A DNA stretch of 64,000 bases, taken from NCBI RefSeq assembly GCF_000143415.4, contig NW_003314425.1, positions 149,455 through 213,454 of the forward strand, given 5' to 3'. The notes under the pieces were generated by a model, which was not told where the DNA came from, did not search any database, and saw nothing but the letters and a program-made list of their open reading frames with translations. Source of the stretch: Selaginella moellendorffii. Its lineage: Eukaryota > Plantae > Lycopodiophyta. Positions 60,144-64,000 of this stretch are shown here, piece after piece; the first letter of the stretch is position 1; each line of letters starts with the position of its first letter. A program made the translations under genes and the position numbers.

Positions 60144-62234
60144 TCAAAAGTAGTTGTCACAGGAACATCTGCCATCCTGGAACACATGAACCTGACTGGC
60201 ATCTTTGCAGATGATTAGCCTTTTTTCCAGCTTAGAGATGAGAGCAGTGGCCGCATGGCAATCGTCACAAACTCGGAGATTTTTCACAATTCTGATGGTC
60301 TCCTTCTGGTGCGAGTTCACCAGAGCATACCCCAGCGCAAGCTTCTCACTGTGGCCGCACAGGTGATCCTCTTTCTCTTTCTTGGGTATGTCTTTTAGAA
60401 CGTTGATCACATCACTCGCATACCCCTCCTCTTTCATTCTCAGCAACAATTGCTTGAGCTTGGCCGCAATCTCGTCGCTCTGTGAGTGACTCCTATCCCC
60501 GACAGAAAAAGAATGCACTTTTCCTGAGCTAACATCCGTCCACCAGCTTCTCCCGGGCTCCCTGAAGCTGCCTTCACCTCTCATTCTCTCCACAACAGCG
60601 GCCATTTCACTGAGCATCCCGAGGTTTCCAAATATATTGGCCATCAATGCATAGGGCGTGCCGCTCTTGGGATCCATCTCCACAAGATGCTCAAACGCGA
60701 GTTTGCCGATCGTGTAATTCTTCCACTTCCGGCAGGCTCCGAGCAGGGACGTCCAAACCACTGCATCCGGTTCAAAAGGCATGGCTCTGAGAACTCTCAC
60801 AGCTTCGTCGAGGAGGTTAGCTCGCCCGAGCATATCGATCAGGCACACATAATGCTCCAGACGTGGCTTGACTCCATACTGCTTGGGCATTTCATCCAGA
60901 AGCTGCCTTCCTTTCCCGACCAGACCACCATGGCTGCAAGCGTTCAACACCGAGACAAAACTCACATCGTCAGCTTTACAGCCCTCCTCCTGAGTCATGG
61001 AATAGAAACGCTCCAAGGCCTCGATCGATCGGCCCTGGAGAGTGTAAGCCTGTATGAGAGAGTTCCAGAGACCTGTGTTATCCCGAGCTCGGCACTCGTC
61101 AAACGCTTCCTGAGCAGAATCAACATCGCCGCATTTGCCGTAGAAGCTCACCAGGCTGGAGCCCAGAACTGGATCGTTTTTCAGCAGCCCTTTATGCTTC
61201 GCCAGCTGGTGAATCTCCCTCCCGAGCTTGATCGCCATCACACTCCCGCAAGCAACAAGGACGCAGGTGTAGGTGCAAGCATCAGCTTGAATGGTGTTAT
61301 CAGCTCTCAGGGCAGAGTAGTACTCCAGAGCAAGTTCAGCTCGCCCGTTCGTGTTGCAGCCCTGGATGATCGCGGTGTAGGACACAACACTCCGAGTTCC
61401 CATGGAGTGGAAAATCTTGCGAGCCTCCTCAAGCTCGCCACACTTGCAGTACATGTCTACCAGGCAATTCGCCACGAACAGATCTAGCTGTTTCTTCTCC
61501 TTGCTCAGCATTGAATGGATCTCCATCCCGATGCATAGAGCTCTCTCCCTCTTCTCGCTGGATTCGGTAGCAACTGTGGAGCAGGCGCTGATCACCGCAA
61601 CATGAGTCCGATTGTTGGGTTGAATGGTGGTACAAGCTCTCAGGGCAGAGTAGTACTCCAGAGCAAGTTCAGCTCGCCCGTTCGAGCCGCAGCCCTGGAT
61701 GATCGCGTTGTAGGACACAACACTCCGGGTTCCCATGGAGTCGAAAATCTTGCGAGCCTCCTCAAGCTCGCCACACTTGCAGTACATATCGATCAATCCC
61801 GTCAACAAGTAGATGTTGCTTTTGTGCTCAGCACTCTTGAGCACAGCTTCATGGGCTTGTTTTCCCAAAGAAAGGGATCTGCTCTCAGCTGAGTCTCTCA
61901 CGCGGTGTATCAGCCTCCCTAAACTCACCGGTTCATCACCAGCTACAGGTGGGGTATGTGGAGATTTGTAGCGGGCCGTGATGGCCTTACCTACAGCTGG
62001 GTCAGCGAGCGACTCGAGTTTTGCAGAGACCCAGGTTGGTGTTTTCCTGTTGGGGATCAACAGGCTCTCTCCGGTAGAAACATGTTTGAAATCCGGGTAG
62101 GACTCTGAGAAGAACTTGTTTTTCTTCTTGAACCTGTTGTCCCACCAGAAAGTGGGATCCCTGAAAAACGTTTTCCACTCCATGAAATTGTTGAGAAATG
62201 ACACACACCACACAAACCCTAGCGCCGCACGCAT
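60144..62234 (-). CDS. PLS-E-DYW PPR RNA-editing factor with an N-terminal OSB-type PDF motif
   Basis: PG box 'EPGRSWW', 'HSEKLA', 'KNLRVCDDCH', C-terminus 'CSCDNYF'. N-terminus 'WKTFFRDPTFWWDNRFKKKN..YPDFKHVSTGESLLI..TPTWVSAKL'. Confidence 0.92.
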   Translation of the reverse strand: MRAALGFVWCVSFLNNFMEWKTFFRDPTFWWDNRFKKKNKFFSESYPDFKHVSTGESLLIPNRKTPTWVSAKLESLADPAVGKAITARYKSPHTPPVAGDEPVSLGRLIHRVRDSAESRSLSLGKQAHEAVLKSAEHKSNIYLLTGLIDMYCKCGELEEARKIFDSMGTRSVVSYNAIIQGCGSNGRAELALEYYSALRACTTIQPNNRTHVAVISACSTVATESSEKRERALCIGMEIHSMLSKEKKQLDLFVANCLVDMYCKCGELEEARKIFHSMGTRSVVSYTAIIQGCNTNGRAELALEYYSALRADNTIQADACTYTCVLVACGSVMAIKLGREIHQLAKHKGLLKNDPVLGSSLVSFYGKCGDVDSAQEAFDECRARDNTGLWNSLIQAYTLQGRSIEALERFYSMTQEEGCKADDVSFVSVLNACSHGGLVGKGRQLLDEMPKQYGVKPRLEHYVCLIDMLGRANLLDEAVRVLRAMPFEPDAVVWTSLLGACRKWKNYTIGKLAFEHLVEMDPKSGTPYALMANIFGNLGMLSEMAAVVERMRGEGSFREPGRSWWTDVSSGKVHSFSVGDRSHSQSDEIAAKLKQLLLRMKEEGYASDVINVLKDIPKKEKEDHLCGHSEKLALGYALVNSHQKETIRIVKNLRVCDDCHAATALISKLEKRLIICKDASQVHVFQDGRCSCDNYF

Positions 62235-63485
62235 ACCCTAGAAATCCCGATTTGTTATTAGTAGTAAAAAGCTCGTGTTTTCTGTTTTTTCTTTTTCTAA
62301 TTCTTTTCCTTTTTAAACTTTACAATGTCACAGCTTAACTGCAGCAGCTTAGATGTTTATTGTTAAAAAAAAATCTCTTTGATATATATAGAAAGTGAGC
62401 CAGCAGCAATCAGTTGCTCAAGAGCTGAAGAATCAGTACATGCATAATTTTCAGACAATCTTCTAACTGGCTGAACATCAGGTTTTTATGATTATTATTA
62501 TTATTACTAACAACACTCACGAACTTCCTAGAAATCCCGATCTGTTATTCTCTGCATTCGTTTTTTATATGATCTGTTGCTGCATGCACTTAACTGTAGG
62601 TAGTCTTCAGTTCTTCAATATAATCTGCTAGCTAAAAGATATCGATACACTCAATATGCAAAAATAAACCACACTCTACACAAATTAAATAAAAAATGCT
62701 CTTCGGCCAGAAACCTCAGGGCACCAGTTTCATGCAGAACACTTTCGCAAATGACTCTCGCCCGGGGCCCATGCACAGGAGTCCTCGGGCGGTGGTAAAA
62801 CCTCACAAGGACTCACGTAATTATATTCACCCTGGGCTTCTGGCTGCTCTGCAACATACGTTGCCACACCAAACTCTTTGCACATGAAGCCATGCACGGA
62901 GGAAAAAACCGAGTGAGGCCTCACGTGCTTACATTCAGTCCTTATATGTGTTCTTGGCCTCGCTCAGTTCATCTCCTTTGTTGTCCACCTGCACTTCTTA
63001 CTTCATGTTTTTGCTTGCATGCTTCGATTGACATCTTCAGATTTCAAGCGAATGATTGTGGCATACCATGGCTACGTTTTTCGGCAGAGCTTGGAGGTGC
63101 TGAAAGCGGCATTAAGTTTGTGGAGGATTGATCTTGATTTGGATTGTATGGATCTCTATAAATTTTTAAACTTGAGTTTATTTTTCTTCTTTTTCTTTTG
63201 TGTTGCCAAAATAACTGGTGTCAAACTTGCTTTTGCAGACTATCTCTAGTACTTCTGGATGCGATCAAGGCCTATTGCTCATTGCTTCAAAGGAGGAGAT
63301 GATAATTGATCCCCAAAGAGCAAGCAAAATGGAATAATGCTTACACAATGGTTCAATTTAAACATGCAAAATACTAATGCATTTGATGGTTTTGTTGCTT
63401 TCATCAAGTTATCATTCTGCTGCGATTTGAAACACCACATCGTCCACTGTACTTTCACAGGTTTCGAGACAGGTACCCGGGAAAG

Positions 63486-63977
63486 GTGTATTCCATTGTT
63501 GTTCCTCAGGACCTGGACTTGTTTTGCCGCCTCAAGTGTGAGCTGATCAAGATGAGGGAGAAGCTTGCAATGTCGGAGGCTTGGGCTCGAGCAAGGTTGC
63601 AGATCCAGTATGAGGATGATTTTTTCTCCACCTATGATGAATGGGACAGCTTTGTGGATCTTTCCCCATTGAGTTCGTCGAGCGGAGAGTGTTGTACCAT
63701 AAGTTTTCTCCTGGAGAAATGGTCCTGGCTCAAGGAGCAGTTTGCACGCATCCCCACTTCAAGATTGTTGGAGAGCTCAACTGGAAGATGGAAAAAGGCC
63801 AAGGTGACTCAGGGGGTTTCAAAACCCCCCCTCGCCTTGGTAAGGTTTGGGGAGTTAAATAAGTATGATGAGTTTGAAGAGCCATTCGCAAAAAAAAGGG
63901 GGGGGGGGGGGGGGGTCTGCAGGGACGTGAAGCGTGCTAGCTTTCCTGAATGGCTTCAAAGAGGTGAGGTGTCTTAA
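63486..63977 (+). CDS. Hypothetical protein (probably the last exon of an unrecognised gene)
   Basis: 163 aa ORF with plausible composition and an upstream AG acceptor; no family recognised. Confidence 0.3.
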   Translation: MYSIVVPQDLDLFCRLKCELIKMREKLAMSEAWARARLQIQYEDDFFSTYDEWDSFVDLSPLSSSSGECCTISFLLEKWSWLKEQFARIPTSRLLESSTGRWKKAKVTQGVSKPPLALVRFGELNKYDEFEEPFAKKRGGGGGVCRDVKRASFPEWLQRGEVS

Positions 63978-64000
63978 AGAGGAGATGATAGAGCTGAGCA

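Noticed and set aside
62226-62605. Short duplicated blocks upstream of the PDF-DYW gene
   Set aside because: Small local duplication with no evidence of function.

Overview
Eukaryotic, gene-dense plant DNA with ~50-60 nt introns and SS/PLS-type PPR genes, most consistent with the lycophyte Selaginella (inferred, not verified). 1-18 kb: housekeeping genes (Vps3/Vps39-like CNH protein, METTL13/EEF1AKMT4-like methyltransferase, CIN-class TCP, a small ORF directly behind ERCC1, GH28 polygalacturonase, RDR-gamma). 18-39.5 kb: a tandem array built from a repeated unit [PPR(-)]-[KP4 killer-toxin-like secreted protein(-)]-[3-methyladenine glycosylase(+)]-[secreted unknown domain + B-lectin(+)]. It has three intact, near-identical KP4-like genes, one intact glycosylase, one nearly intact lectin fusion and many deletion-eroded remnants, and is interrupted by a short-LTR Ty3/gypsy element. 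39.5-54.3 kb: a nest of Ty3/gypsy elements, including a young non-coding element with near-identical LTRs. 54.3-64 kb: an RRP5 pseudogene, a Harbinger transposase remnant, and a PLS-E-DYW PPR gene with an N-terminal OSB-type PDF ssDNA-binding motif. Top candidates are the KP4-like/lectin defence array and the PDF-PPR-DYW fusion.
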